DNA of 64,000 bases from Methanocaldococcus sp. 28A (GTDB lineage Archaea > AGJL01 > Methanococci > Methanococcales > Methanocaldococcaceae): the NCBI GenBank assembly GCA_049852185.1, contig CP187540.1; one strand, 5' to 3'. The position numbers were made by a program, and so were the translations under genes. This document shows, piece after piece, positions 63,472-64,000 of the stretch (position 1 is the first letter of the stretch; the number at the start of each line of letters is the position of its first letter). A model generated the notes under the pieces. It saw nothing but the letters and a program-made list of their open reading frames with translations, did not search any database and was not told the DNA's origin.

Positions 63472-64000
63472 TTATTCTCTTTCCAATATCTTTTCAAAAT
63501 TAATTTCTGTTGGATATTTTCCAGTTACACAAGCTAAACACAAATCTTTTCTACCTATTGCTTTAATCAATCCTTTCAATGATAAATATCCAATAGAATC
63601 TACTCCAATAGCCTTTTTAATCTCTTTTTCTGTTTTGTTTGAAGCAATAAGCTCCTTTTTAGTGGCCATATCTATACCATAATAGCAAGGAGATATAATT
63701 TTAGGACTACCTATTCTTAAATGCACTTTTTTAGCTCCTGCTTTTCTAACAATATTTACAATTCTTCTTGAAGTAGTTCCTCTAACAATACTATCATCAA
63801 CTAAAACTACTCTCTTTCCTTCTAAAACACTTTTTACTGGGCTTAATTTTAATCTAACAGCTAATTCCCTCTCATTTTGAGAAGGTAAAATAAAAGTTCT
63901 TCCTACATATCTATTTTTTATTAAACCTTCATAATAAGGAATTCCTGATTCCTCAGAAAACCCTAAAGCAAATGCAACTCCTGAATCTGGGATTGGGGAT
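63472..64000 (-). CDS. purF: Amidophosphoribosyltransferase, 3' part
   Basis: [36 protein letters not shown]; continues beyond the window. Confidence 0.95.
   Translation of the reverse strand, partial: SPIPDSGVAFALGFSEESGIPYYEGLIKNRYVGRTFILPSQNERELAVRLKLSPVKSVLEGKRVVLVDDSIVRGTTSRRIVNIVRKAGAKKVHLRIGSPKIISPCYYGIDMATKKELIASNKTEKEIKKAIGVDSIGYLSLKGLIKAIGRKDLCLACVTGKYPTEINFEKILERE

Overview
AT-rich archaeal chromosome segment from a Methanocaldococcus-like hyperthermophilic methanogen, judged from gene content, GGTGA/GGAGG ribosome-binding sites and CRISPR repeat type. It is mostly housekeeping and methanogenesis genes (srp54, pyk, secD, glyA, aksF, serB, purS/C/P/F, selD, cdhD/E, rnhB, top6B, rsmA, corA, srp19, mtd, smc, serS, trpE, rio2, asd). 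It also holds three tRNAs (intron-containing Met, Leu, Sec) and two cas-less CRISPR arrays with almost identical 363-bp leaders. Mobile DNA includes several MITE/palindromic repeat families, decayed IS701-, IS5- and ISH3-like transposases and protein-less IS200/IS605/IS607-type RNA cassettes, and there is a decayed modAB locus. The most striking observation is in the selenoprotein gene selD: a perfect 22-nt reverse complement of the coding sequence starting 8 nt after the UGA(Sec) codon sits about 1 kb away across the stop codon, just upstream of the 3'-UTR SECIS. This predicts a long-range mRNA duplex that places the SECIS next to the UGA. Other leads are three promoter-hairpin-omegaRNA-like cassettes without TnpB, a probable non-AUG start for rio2, an in-frame double-hairpin insertion in an ATPase, and a probable ~14-kb inversion between two IS605-type remnants. 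Coordinates were counted by hand. M. jannaschii (MJ) locus numbers are from memory and unverified.
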